A stretch of DNA of 64,000 bases from Felis catus. Taxonomy: Eukaryota. Positions 13,851 to 26,410 of this stretch are shown in pieces. Under the pieces are notes generated by a model. The model ran no database searches and was not told the origin of the DNA. It worked only from the letters and a program-made list of their open reading frames with translations. The DNA lies in NCBI RefSeq assembly GCF_018350175.1, contig NC_058368.1:99574001-99638000 (forward strand), in the 5' to 3' direction. A program made the translations under genes and the position numbers. Position 1 is the stretch's first letter. Each line of letters begins with the position of its first letter.

Positions 13851-14304
13851 AAAAGAAATGTTCTCCGTTAATCAATCCAAACTGTGTTTCATGTTCACAA
13901 AAGATGTTTCCCTAATATGCAATGCTGTGTTTTGAGTATGTGAAATAAAATTATCTTCTCATACTGAAATGGTGAAATCCAACTATATCTGAGTGCTCAG
14001 ACAGTTCCAGAAGGATGCTGTTGAAAACAAATAAGATTACAGAAAATACTCCATAGTAAATATTACCTTTGTTTTGACATCTGTTAATAGGGATAAAAAT
14101 ATAATACAGATTTTTCTGGTAGGAGGAAGGCATCTATTTATTTAAATGAATTATTTAAATCTTTTGAGAAAAAATACTATCTTCATAAACAGCTCTTTTT
14201 ATACAAAGCAATTTGTGTTGAGATCATAAAGTCATGTGAAATATGCTTGGTACTCAGTTTTGCTTTGTAGTTTCAGTTTCAGGTTGCAGAAGAGAAGGCA
14301 GTTT

Positions 14305-14480
14305 GCTCCAGTTCTGAATTACTGAGTGACAGGCTACCCCAAAACACGATGGCTTAAAATAACCACCGTCAGGTTTTATCTGACACTTGGGTGAATCAGG
14401 AACTTAGGCAGGGCTCAGCCAGGAGGTGGTTCTGTTCCACGTGGTATCAGAGGTTTTGGAATTCTACATGACTCATTTAT
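14305..14480 (-). mobile_element. MaLR (MLT1-like) LTR fragment
   Basis: taccccaaaacacgatggcttaaaataac..gtgaatcaggaacttaggcagggctcagccagg resembles antisense MLT1. Confidence 0.65.
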
Positions 14481-14637
14481 GTGCCTTGCTTTTTAAAAGC
14501 CATAAGGTGTACACTGAATTGATTAAATTACAAATAAATTAATAACTTGGCATCTATTTTATATCAGACACTGCTGTAGCTACTAGAGAAAGATGAAAAA
14601 AACAAAATCTGTGCACTCAAAAATGTCACAGTGACAT

Positions 14638-14913
14638 TTTTGACCCTTGAACTCTGAGAGGTTTAGGGATGCTGACCCTCCAGGCATTCGACAGTTGATC
14701 TATAACTTGTGATGCCCCAAAAAGCTAACGAATCATACTGTATTCTTACAATGAAGCAAACTAGAGAGAACAAAATGTTATGAAGAACATCATAAGGCAG
14801 AGAAAATACATTTCTAGTACTGTACTCTATTTACCAAAATAGATTGCTGTGTAAGTTCAAGCTTTACAAGTTCACTGTGTAGTTCGAATCCGTGTCATTC
14901 AAGGGTCAACAAT
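14638..14913. mobile_element. Tigger2-derived non-autonomous DNA transposon
   Basis: Terminal inverted repeats (TIRs) ttgacccttgaa ... ttcaagggtcaa; internal atactgtattcttacaatgaagcaaactagaga. Confidence 0.8.
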
Positions 14914-15889
14914 ACAATGAAATGAGATGGATATATAAGCTGTTAATAGGAGAACAGAGTGGCAAATATCTTCTTACTCTTGGACCTTACTTGTGTATTG
15001 AATTAAACCATAGGAAAAACGTGGCAGATGTTACTCTGAATGTAAAGATGTATAGATGTATAGAATTGAATGCTTGCCTGTTTGAATTTTTCTGTGTTAG
15101 CAAAGGCTAAGTTTGGCTTTCCTTAATATTTTGTTACCAAAAGTAATTGTGAGAGAAATTTAGTGCAGTTACCTCTTTGACAATTATTTACAAACTTATA
15201 CTTAGTGATTTTTTTTAAATTAAAACTATTTACTACCCTTTGCAGTGAAGTCATAAGATCAAATAAATGTAACAAATACCAAGACTACACCTTTGAAAAG
15301 TTTGCCAGGTCCTAAGACACGTTGTTGAGCTATAACCATTATTAATTCAACTACTGAATTATAGGTACTATTAAATATTTCAATATTGTTGTTTCTTTCA
15401 CTAGGGACACTAGGAAATTGTATTAAAAAGTAATTGGGTACTGTTCCAAAATACTTCAGAAATAACATTGTAATTAAAACAGTCGTCATGGCAACTTTGA
15501 TAATTAAAGCTTCCTACCACATTTCCCAGCACCTACCTGTTTTCAGATGCTTATTTTCAAACACCTAACCTTCTCATGATTGGAACTCTCTCTGTTATAT
15601 GGCCTAACTTGCCTAGTCTACAAGGGGAAAGCAGCACATTTGGGAGATTTAGCCATTTTGACTCTATTGAAATTATTGACTCTTATGGACACTGTACAAA
15701 ATCGTGGCCTGTTATTTTTAAACCACATGTAAATCTTGTTGCCACGTGTCCACATTGTGGGGAGTACGAATTAGGAACTTGAATCTAATCCAAAGACATC
15801 AACGCGCTGAGCTCCTGCTTCCTTTAGTGTTAATCTTATTTTTTTTTCTTTTTCCTTCTTCAAAAAACACAACAAAACAACAACAACAA

Positions 15890-16053
15890 AAGTTTATTTA
15901 TTTTGAGAGAGAGAGAGAGCACAAGGAGGGGAGGAGTAGAGAGAGAGAGGGAGAGAGAGAACCCCAAGCAGGCTCCACGCTGTCACCACAAAGTCCAACG
16001 AGGGTCTTGATCAAGAGTCAGATGCTCAACTGACTGAACCACCCAGGTGCTCC
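15890..16053 (-). mobile_element. CAN-SINE (internally deleted)
   Basis: Antisense SINEC with (GA)n. Confidence 0.9.
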
Positions 16054-16374
16054 TCTTTTTCCTTCTTATGTAAAATTTTCCTTCATCCTCTAAGGTATGA
16101 ATCACTGCCCAGTTCTCCTGTCACTGCCATTGGTCAAGTGCAGAAATACAAGCACACCCTTCTGGGTCTTCATTATCTCATTCTGTATCCGTGGCACGTT
16201 GGCTGTGTTCCTCTGCCTCAGCACTTCTTACATGATTTTGTCATTGCCCTTAGGGCTGGGGGTCAACTCTTAAAGACCACATGCTTTTATATTATAAAGG
16301 TTGAAAGAAAAACACTTCTTATATCATTTTTCATTGATTTTACTTTAGTCAGTGCCAAATTCAAATACAATTTC

Positions 16375-16575
16375 ATAGTTCAGGGTTCAAATCCCAGCTT
16401 CAACACTTTTGTAACCCTGGGCAAATCATTTGACCTCCAAGTTTGAGTTTCTCATTTGAGAAATTTGGGATAACAAGAGTCCTTGCTTTATTGAGTTCTT
16501 GTGTGGGTTAACTCGACCAGTATATAAACAATTGGTACCTGATACAGAGAAATACTGTGTGTATTCACTATTAGT
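16375..16575 (+). mobile_element. MIR SINE fossil
   Basis: gggttcaaatcccagct..accctgggcaaatcatttgacctc..agtttctcatttgagaaat. Confidence 0.8.
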
Positions 16576-17739
16576 AATAGTAATGTACTAAGGATAGTAA
16601 ATTGCTAGTAAATATTCCTTTACTCCTATGTTTAAAATTGAGCCTTTAAGGATCCATGGCATTCATCTGTAAGAATGAGAGAAAATACTTTCGTTTTTTC
16701 ATCTATCGATACCTAGCAAATAGTCCTTATGACCCACCATTAGGCTGTGAACTTGTTTTTGAGAGTAACTATTTTAGGTTTGCCACCCCTGACTTACAAT
16801 CTTGAGATGCTACCAGTGGACTTCTGGTAGTAACTCCAGAGATTTGCTGATGAACTGGGGAAGCCGGAATGTCACTGAGGTTGTGTGTGCCACAGCCGGC
16901 TAGTCAGAGACTTGATACTATAGACCCTCCATACCTGTAGGAACTTAGTAACTACTGAGATTTCTTCGTGTACTTCAGGCCGGGATCATCTTCTCCGGTT
17001 CCCCTAGGAAGTCAAGGAAACCAGAGGAAAGCTTATCTCCTTCCTCTGCCACAGATTCAGTGCCAGTAGCCTGAGCGTCAAAATGTCTCAACTTGTCCCG
17101 TCCCCCACCCTCCCATGTATTGTCACCACAGTAGCAGAGTGGCTAAATTGTAAGTTTAGAAGATTATGCTCCCATTTTGTGCCAGAACCTATCATTTTTT
17201 TTTCTAATACTTAGACTTCGGCTCTAAATCCATCCATAGTGACCCACACTCTACAGCTCCAGCAGAGAAGTTTCTCCCCTGAGATCTGAGGTCCTTTCCT
17301 CTATAGGACTTCAGATATGTCCTGGTTATATCTTTGAAAAATCAATACTGATCCCTGAACCAATCTTTTATTTCTTTGGGAATAAGTCAGTCTCAATTTC
17401 ACATTTTAATCCTAACAATAGTGAAGCACACTGTCTTTTTACCTTGCTATAGTTCGAACATTTGATATTATTTTATTTCTAAGGTTTATCAATCTAGCTT
17501 CCTTGAAAAGAATTAAACAATATAATATTCAACAATGGAGATGACAATAAAAACTTTTGGGTGTTCATAAAATGTAATGCTAAGCAGTAATAAAAATAAT
17601 GACTCAAATTTGCATTTATTAATATGGAGATATTACCATGATACATCATTTGAAAAGAGTGTGGCAATGACGGGCAGAAATTGATAACCTCATTTACCAC
17701 CAATCAATATTTAGATATAGATGTAGAAAATTCTAACAG

Positions 17740-17970
17740 TAACAACAGTAATATTTATTACACATCCACATGCCAGGCAATGCAGGAAGCATTTTACATT
17801 GTCTTAGTCAATCTTGACTCTAACCTTAGGGAGTTATATGTGGGCAAAACAAACCCTAAAATTTAAAAAGAAATGCTAAATAACATACACAAGTACACCA
17901 AACTATTGGGTGTTAGAACAAGGACTTAAAGAGGCAGTCACATCTCAGGGCATATACTTTCAAACTCTAG
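17740..17970 (-). mobile_element. MIR SINE fossil
   Basis: Degenerate antisense MIR (atgccaggcaatgc..ttttacattgtcttagtcaatctt). Confidence 0.55.
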
Positions 17971-18279
17971 TGGAGACTGAAATGTTCAGAGGTTCTCACT
18001 GAAGGATAGGGTTATCTGTGAATTTACATCAACTATTTTTTCCTTATATTTTTTATCTGCATGTGTCACAACATGACATGCTTTCTTCAGGAATTGATTA
18101 AGTCCTAAGAATGACTATTTTTTTTTATCAAATTATCTAATTATTTATTCATTCTAGAAATTGAGCCAGGATCAAGATGATGCTGATCAGGCTACAATTT
18201 CACAATATCTTGTTTGATTTCTTCTACTTAGCATTACAAAATACGCGCTGCACATGCATGTGTGGATTTTTCACCAGAA

Positions 18280-18790
18280 AGTATTTATTGTTCACCCATT
18301 CATGTCAGGTGGTATTCTAGGCATTGGGGATAAAGAAATTTACAAAACAGGTAAGATTTTTTTGTGTGCATGTGAAGCTTATATTCTAGTAGAAGGTAAC
18401 AGACAAAAATAATCCTAGAAATGAAATATATATTTCTTGCTCATTAAGAAAAACTAAGCAGAATGCTGTGACAGGTTGAGTAAAGGACAGTGAATTAAAT
18501 GGTTGAGGAAGGCTTTTCTGGGGATGTGATGTTGCACAATGAACTGGATGTTTAGAAAGAGCCAGCCTTGTGAAGACTGGTAGATCAGCATTTCAGAGAG
18601 AAGACAGAAAAAAATGTAAAATGTCTTTTTAATTTTTTTTTTCTAACGTTTATTTATTTTTGAGACAGAGAGAGACAGAGCATGAACGGGGGAGGATCAG
18701 AGAGAGTATAAAATGTCTTAAGTAGAAATGGGTTTGACAATTTTGAGGGGAAAACTTAATCTCTAGACTTCAGTTTTTCAGTGCAGGGGC
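18280..18790 (-). mobile_element. L2 3' fossil containing a truncated CAN-SINE (18627-18707)
   Basis: L2 tail tatttattg..atgtcaggtggtattctaggcattggggata; the SINE stub is flanked by taaaatgtctt. Confidence 0.75.
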
Positions 18791-19779
18791 TGCGAAGAGA
18801 TAGGAAGTATTTAGAGAAAGGCCTTAAACATGATCATAAATACCTCTTTATTAGAAGTCTAAGGTTAAACAAATAAATTTGTTTTAACAAATATAGTGCT
18901 GTCAATTAGCCGTGTCTTTAACAAAATTAAGTAGTTCTTTCCATAATCAAAGGAGAAAGAAATTCAACATGCAGAGCACTCCACATTAACATAAGAACCA
19001 AAATTCTGGCAAGGCCTCAAGAACTTGATAAAAAAGAAACAAAAGGGAAGCATGTAAAAGCTGTCCTCATTATCATCGCATATTAACTCTTTTGTTCAAT
19101 TATATTGGCAAAAGAGACTTGAAAAACCAAGCAGATTAATGATTTTAAAAGTTTCAGCTCCTTTATCTTCAAACTACAGAATGATGTGTGTTCTGCCTCC
19201 ATCTGGTCTTACTGCGTTTTATCTTATTTATTTGTCATCATGTATTCAGTATTCAGTTACTTCAGTGAGGAGCAAATTTTTAAGCAAAAACCTCACTGTT
19301 TCCAGCATAATGAGGGAACAGTGCAGTTCAACAGAGCCTTTTGATGTTTGGTTTTTACGTGTGAATTTGCAAGGAGAGTCTCACCCTCTTCCCAATACGG
19401 TTGGTTCAGCTTATCCTGCAGAAAGTATTATATTTTCTAACTTGGAACTTAAGCACTTCTTCACTTGCAAAAATTGATGCAAATCAATTTCGCCCATTAG
19501 TGACACAGAGTATATGAATTTCTTCTTGGTTATTTTAGCCTCAAGCACCGAATTTTGTTTTTCTTATTCTGTGATGTATATGTTGCTTGTGTTTATTTTA
19601 ATTCCAATGGACCATATGCTTTTCTTTTCATGCTTTTTCCCCTCATTTTACTGAAAAATAACTGTATAAGTTTAAGGTATACAGCGTGATGGTCTGATGT
19701 ACATATACTGTGAAATGATTAAAATGGGTTTAGTTCACATCCATCATCTCATGTAGATATAATAAAAAGGAAAGAAAAA

Positions 19780-19992
19780 GGGGTCCCTGGGTAGCTTAGT
19801 CGGTTGAGCATCCGACTTCGACTCAGGTCATGATCTCATAGTCCGTGGGTTCTAGCCCCACTTGGGGCTCTGTGCTGATAGCTCAGAACCTGGAGTCTGC
19901 TTCAGATTCTGTGTCCCCCTTTCTCTCTGCCCCAGAACTTGTATGCTCTTTCTCTATGTCAAAAATAAGTAAACATTACAAAAAAAAAAAAA
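19780..19992 (+). mobile_element. CAN-SINE
   Basis: SINEC head, CT tract and poly-A. Confidence 0.93.
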
Positions 19993-20055
19993 GGAAAAAA
20001 AATTACCTGCATGATGAAAACTCGTAGGATCTACTCTTTTAAACACATTCCTATA

Positions 20056-20265
20056 GGGGCGCATGGGTGGCTCAGCATGTCAAACCTCTGACTCTTGATT
20101 TTGGCTCAGGTCATGATTTCGTATATGGTAGGATCAAGCCACGACCTCGCAATTCATGGGATCGAGCTCCATGTCCAGCTCCGTGCTGCCAGCTGCTTGG
20201 TTTCTTCTCTCCCTCTGCTCCTCCCCTGCTTGTGGCCTCTCTCTCTAAATAAATAAATAAATACC
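20056..20265 (+). mobile_element. CAN-SINE
   Basis: SINEC head, (TAAA)n tail; TSD acattccta. Confidence 0.9.
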
Positions 20266-20821
20266 CTTACAATTTTTTTTTAATTAAAAACATTCCTACA
20301 TATCCCAGAGCAGTGTTACCTGTAGTCATCATACACATTATATATCCCTAGTACATTTTTTATCTTATAATTGGAAGTTGGTACCTTCTGACTACCTTCT
20401 TCCCATTCCTCCTCCCCACACCCCCCACCCCTACTGACCACAAATCTAATATCTTCTTCTATGGGTTTGGTGTGGCGTTTTGTGTTTACTTTTAGATTCC
20501 ACGTATAAATGAGATCATACAACATGTCTTTCTCTGACTTTTTTTTTACTTAGCATAATGCTTTCAAGGTCTGTAATATTGTTGTAAATGGAAAATTTTC
20601 CTTATTTTTTATAGTTGAATAATACTCAATTGTACTTTTACCTAAAATTGTCCTTATTCATTCATCCATTAATGGCCATTTAGGTTATTTCCATGTTTTG
20701 GCTGTTGTCAAATAATCTGCTGTGAACATGGGGTGTAGATATCTTTTCAAGTTTGTGCTTTGTTCCATCTGTATATATTCTCTGAAGTGGAACTGGTGGA
20801 TCATATGGTAGTTCTAGTTTT

Positions 20822-21030
20822 ATTGTTTTTAAGTTTATTTATTTATTTTGAGAGAGACAAAGGCAGTATGAGTGGGGCAGGGGCAGAGAGAGAGGATGGG
20901 AGAGAGAATCCCAAGCAAACTCTGCACTGTCAGCATGGAGCCCAATGTGGGGCTTGAACTCAGGAAACCGTGAAATCATGACTTGAGCCAAAATCAAGAC
21001 ACTTAAGCCATTGAGCCACCCAGATGGCCT
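20822..21030 (-). mobile_element. CAN-SINE
   Basis: Antisense SINEC; TSD tggtagttcta. Confidence 0.92.
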
Positions 21031-21474
21031 GGTAGTTCTATTTTTAATTTTGAGAGACATCCATTCTCTTTTCCACAGTGACTGTACCCATTTACATTCC
21101 CACCAACAGAACACAGGGGTCTTTTCTCCACATCCACAGCAGCGTTTGTTATCTCTTACCTTTTGATGATGTCCATTCTAACAACTGTGAGGTGGTATCT
21201 CATGGTAGTTTTAATCTGAATTTCCCTGATAACTAGTTACCATCTTTTCTTGTGCCTCTAGGCCATTTATATATCTTTTTTTTGGTGGGGGGGAAATGTT
21301 GATTAGGGTCCTTCTCCCATGTTTAAGTTGGAGATTTGTTTAGTTTTTGAGTGATATGAATTCATTGTACATTTCAAATATAAAACACTTAGTGGATATA
21401 TCATTGTAAATATTTTTCCCACTTCCAAAGGTATTTTTCATTTTGTTGATGCTTTTTGTTTGCTGTGAAGAAGC

Positions 21475-21678
21475 TTTTTTTTTAACGTCTGTTGATTTTT
21501 GAGAGAAAGAGCACAAGCAGGGAAGGTGCAGAGAAACGGGGGGGAGAGAGGATCCCAAAGAAGGATCTGCTGTCCGTGCTGACAGCAGAAAGTCTAATGC
21601 AGGGCTTGAACTCAGGACCCATGAGATCATAACCTGAGCTGAAGTTGGATGCTAAACTGAGCCACCCAGGTGCCCCCA
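21475..21678 (-). mobile_element. CAN-SINE
   Basis: Antisense SINEC. Confidence 0.92.
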
Positions 21679-21961
21679 GTCTTTTTAGTTTGATGTAGTT
21701 CCACTTGTTTATTATTGCTGGTTGCTTGTGCTTTTGGTATGATTTCCAAAACATTACTAATACCCAGGTCAAGGAACTTTATTTCTATGTTTTGTTTTGG
21801 GTTTTTTTTCTCCCTAGGATTTTTTTGGTTTCAAGTCTTAAATATAAGTCTCATCCATTTCAAGTTACTTTTGTAGTGGTGCAAGATAGGGGTCATTTTC
21901 ATTCTTTTACACGTAAATATCCAGTTTTGTTAGCACCACTTATTTAAGAAACAATTGTCTT

Positions 21962-22172
21962 GGGACGCCTGGGTGGCTCAGTCAGTTGAGCGTCTGACTT
22001 CAGCCCAGGTCATGATCTCACAGCTTGTGAGTTCAAGCCCCACGTCGGGCTCTGTGCTGACAGCTCAGAGCCTGGAACCTGCTTCAGATTCTGTGTCTCC
22101 CTCTCTCTCTGCCCCTAACCCACTCTCATTCTGTCTCTGTCTGTCTCAAAAATAAATAAACATTAAAAAAAA
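21962..22172 (+). mobile_element. CAN-SINE
   Basis: SINEC; TSD acaattgtct. Confidence 0.95.
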
Positions 22173-23499
22173 GAGACAGAGACAATTGTCTCCACTGAGT
22201 AATTTTTTAACTCCCCTATTAAATATTAGTTGATTATATATACTTGAGTTTATATCTGGGCTCTGAATTCAGCTCCATTGTTCTAGTTGTTTTTATGCTA
22301 ACACTACACTGTTTTCATTACTGCAGCTTGAATGTATATGTTGATACTTCCTGCTTTTTTCTTCTTTCTTAAAATATCCACGGCCAGGGTCTTTTGTGGC
22401 CCTATGCACATAGGAGGACAGTTTTATTTCTACTTCTGTAATAAACACCATTGTAATCTTGATAGGGATTGTATTAAAATTCTGGCTAGCTTTGGTTGTA
22501 TTGCATTTTCTTTCATTTCTTCTTTGATCCATTGGTTATTCATGAGAGTGTTGTTTAATTTCCACATATTCATGAATTTTCCAGATTTCCTCTTGTTACT
22601 GATTTCTAGTTTGATGCCACTGTGGTCAGAGAAGACATTTGACATGATTTCATTCTTCTTGAATTTGCTGAGTTGTTTTGTAGACTAACATATGGTATAT
22701 CCTGGAAAATGTTCTAAGTGCTCTTCAGAATAATGTATATTCTGATGTTGAATAGAATGTTCTGCATGTGTCTTCTAGATCTGTTCAGTCTGCAGTGTTA
22801 TTCAAATCCTTGGTTTCATTATGGATTCTGTGTCTAAATGGTCTATCCATTGTTGAAAGTAAGGTATTAAAGTACCTCACTGTTTTTGTATTGCTGTTTA
22901 CTTATCCTTCTAGCTCTGTTAGTTGTTGCTTTATATATTTAGATGCCCCAATGTTGGAAAGAAAGATACTTACAGTTGATATATCTTGATAGATTGACCA
23001 CGTTATCCCAGGATAATGACCTTAGTTTGTCTATTTTTCCATTTTCAATTTAAAGTCTATTTTGTACAAGTAGAGCTACCCCTGTTTTTTTGTTGTTGTT
23101 ATCATTCGCTTCATATATCTTCATCCATCCCTTCACTCTCAGTCTATGTGTGTTTAAGTTTCAAATGAGTCTCTTGTGGGCAACATAACATGGATTTAAC
23201 TTTAACCATTCAGCCATTCTGTGTTTTGATTGGAGAATTTAATCTTTTTAAAGTAATTTATTGATAGGTAAGGACTGACTCTGGCTCTTAATTGTTTTCT
23301 GGTTGCTCTGTAGATCCACTGTTTCTTGTTTCTTATGCTTTCGTTGATCATACTTTGATGTCTTTTGGTATTTGTAGGCTTGGACCTCTTTATCATGTTC
23401 CTTTGTGTAACTGCTCCAGGTTTTTCCTTGTTGTTACCATGAAGCTTACATAATGTATTTAAAAGTATAACGCTATTTTAAGCTGATAGCAACTTAATT

Positions 23500-23704
23500 T
23501 AAAATTTTTGTTTTAATTTTTTTTTTTTTGAGAGACAGAGCAGGAATGGGGGAGGGGCAGAGTGGGAGGGAGACACAGAATCTGAAACAGGCTCCAAGCA
23601 CTGAACTGTCAGCACAGAGCCTGACACAGGGCTGGAACATGAACTGTGAGATCATGACTTGAGCTGAAGTTGGACGCTTAACCGACTGAGCCACCCAGCA
23701 CCCC
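23500..23704 (-). mobile_element. CAN-SINE
   Basis: Antisense SINEC; TSD tagcaact(t/c)aattt. Confidence 0.93.
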
Positions 23705-23865
23705 ACTAGCAACTCAATTTTAATAGAATTCCTAAGCTTTATACTTTTACTATTTAACCCCCTTTTAGGTTATTTCTAATACAGGTGACATATTTTTTAT
23801 ATTGTGTGACTAATAACATATTATTGTGGCTATGATTACTTTTACCAGTTCTTTATTTACTAATA

Positions 23866-24046
23866 TTTTTTAATGTTTATTTTTGACAGAGAGTGAGCAC
23901 AAATGGGGGAGGGGCACAGAGAGAGGGGACAGAGGATCCAAAGTGGGTTCTGCACTGACAGCAGACAGCCCAATGTGGGGCTCAAACTCACGGAGATCAT
24001 GACCTGAGCTGAAGTCAGACACTTAACTGAGTCATCCAGTTACCCT
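23866..24046 (-). mobile_element. CAN-SINE
   Basis: Antisense SINEC. Confidence 0.9.
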
Positions 24047-24728
24047 AGTTCATTTTTTAATTTTTAAACTAGAATTTAAGTGTATTATGTATCATCATTA
24101 TCATATTATAGAATATATGATTATATATACCATTACTAGTAATTTTTATTCTACCTTTTATGCTCTTGTGTCAATATGTCTTTCCTCTCGGAGAACTCCC
24201 TATAGTTTATCTTGTAAGACAGGTCTAGTGTAATGAATTTCCTCAGATTTTTTTTGTTTGGAAAAGTCTTTATCCCTCCAATTCTGAAAGAAAGCCTCAC
24301 TGGATAGACTTTATGGTTGCCATTTTTTTTTCTTTGAATATTTTGAATATGTCATCTCATTCTCTCCTAGGTTAAAAAAATTTCGTTGAGAAATCTGCCA
24401 ATAGGTGCATGTTTGTAATTTTTCTCTTATTCCTTTTGAAATTAATTTTTTTTTCTTTTTGAGTTTTGTGAGTTTGAGTCATGTGTCTTGGTGTAGCCCT
24501 ATTCAGGTTCTACCTATTTGCAATGTGTTGGGCCTCAGTGATTGGAATGTGCATTTATTTTCACAGGTATCACAAATTCTCAGCCATTATTGCTTTAAAT
24601 ATATATTCTAAACTTTCTCTTTCTCTTCTTCTGGAATTCCCATAATGCAAATTCAGACATACCTCATTTTATTGTACTTTACTCTCTAGTGTTCCACAGA
24701 TAGTGAATTTCTTTAAAATTGGACATTT

Positions 24729-24950
24729 GGGGGTGCCTGGGTGGCTCAGTTGTTACGCGTCCGACTTCGGCTCAGGTCATGATCTCACGCGGTAGGTGAG
24801 TTCGAGCCCCGTGATGGGGTCTGTGCTGACAGCTCAGAGCCTGGAGCCTGTTTCAGATTCTGTGTCTCCCTCTCTCTCTGCCTCTCCCCTGTTCATGCTC
24901 TATCTCTCTCTGTCTCAAAAATAAATAAACGTTAAAAAAAGTTTTAAAAA
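24729..24950 (+). mobile_element. CAN-SINE within Tigger1
   Basis: SINEC; TSD taaaattgg(a/g)catttggg. Confidence 0.95.
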
Positions 24951-25189
24951 ATAAAATTGGGCATTTGGGGCAACCCTGCATCAAGCAAGTCTCTTGGTAC
25001 CTTTTATGTTCCAACAGCATTTGTTCACTTGTTTCTATGTTGCTTTTTGGTAATTATCACAGTATTTCAAACTTGTTCATTGTCACTATATTTGTTACGG
25101 TGGTCTGTGATGAATGATTTTTGATGTTATTATTCTACTTACTTTAAGGTACCATAGACTGTTCTCATAAAAAATGGTGAACTTAATTT

Positions 25190-25375
25190 CTTCTATTTAT
25201 TTACTTTGAGAGAGAGAGGATGAGTCCGGAAGGGGGGAGAAAGAGAGAGAGAGAGAGAATTCTAAGCAGGGCCCATGCTCAGCACAGAGCCCACTGTACA
25301 GCTTAGTCCCACGAACTGTAAGATCATGACCTGAACCAAAATCAAGAGTTGGACACCTAACCCACTGGGCCACCC
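25190..25375 (-). mobile_element. CAN-SINE within Tigger1
   Basis: Antisense SINEC; TSD aaatggtgaacttaat. Confidence 0.9.
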
Positions 25376-26201
25376 TTCAAATGGTGAACTTAATCACTAA
25401 ATGTTGTGTGTGTTCTGACTGCTGCACAAACCACCGTCTTCCTGCTCCCCCAATCTCTCCCTCTCCTTGGGCTTCATACTCCATGAGAGACAACAATATT
25501 GAAATTAGGCCATTTAATGCCCCTACATTGGTCTCCAAGTGTTCAAGTGAAATAAAAAGTTACACATCTCTCACTTTAAATTAAAAGTTAGAAATATTTA
25601 AGCTTAGTGAGGAAGACATGTTGAGAGCCGAGACAGGCCCAAACCTAGGCCTCTCAAGACAAATGGTTCTTTTGTGAATGCAGAGGAAAAGTTCTTAGGG
25701 AAATTATTAGTTCTACTCCAATGAACACATGAATCATAGAAAAGTAAAATAGCCTATTACTGATACAAAGTCTTACTGGTCTGAATAGATGATCAAACCA
25801 GTCACACCATTCTCTTTATCCAAAGCCTAATCTAGAGCAGGGCCCTAACTTTTTTCAATTCTGTGAAAGCTAAAAGTGTTGACTATCCAGAAGAAAAGTT
25901 AGAAGCTAGCAGAGATTGGCTCATAAGGTTTAATGTAAGAAGCTATCTCCATAACATAAAAGTACATCATAAAGCAGTAAGTGCCAATATAGAAGCTGCA
26001 AGCAAGTTTTCCAGAAGATCTAGGTAAGATGTTCATGAGGGTGCCAACACTAAACAACAGATTTTCAATGTATACAAAATAGCTTTTATTAGAAGATGCC
26101 ATCAAGGACTTTCATAGCTAAAGAGAAGAAGTCAATGCCTAGTTTCAAAGCTATGAAAGACAGGCTGACTCTCCTGTTTGGAGTTACATACGTGGGGACT
26201 T

Positions 26202-26410
26202 TGGGAGCACCTGGGTGGCTCAGTCAGTTGAGAGTCCGACTCTTGACTTCAGGTCAGGTCACGATCTCATAGTCTGTGAATTTGAAACCTGTGTTGGGCT
26301 CTGCGCTGACAGTGCAGAGCCTGCTTGGGATTCTTGCTCTCTCTGCCCCTCCCCTACTCCCTCATACCCTCCCCCCGCCTCCTTCAAAATAAATAGACAC
26401 ACAAAAAAAT
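26202..26410 (+). mobile_element. CAN-SINE within Tigger1
   Basis: SINEC head and A tail. Confidence 0.92.

Larger units (their letters stand above)
19645..24653 (-). mobile_element. L1 fossil (3' UTR, ORF2 pieces, ORF1 region) with nested SINEs
   Basis: Continuous antisense L1; the minus ORF FSDHSGIKLEISNKRKSGKFMNMWKLNNTLMNNQWIKEEMK is the end of the L1 endonuclease. Confidence 0.9.
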
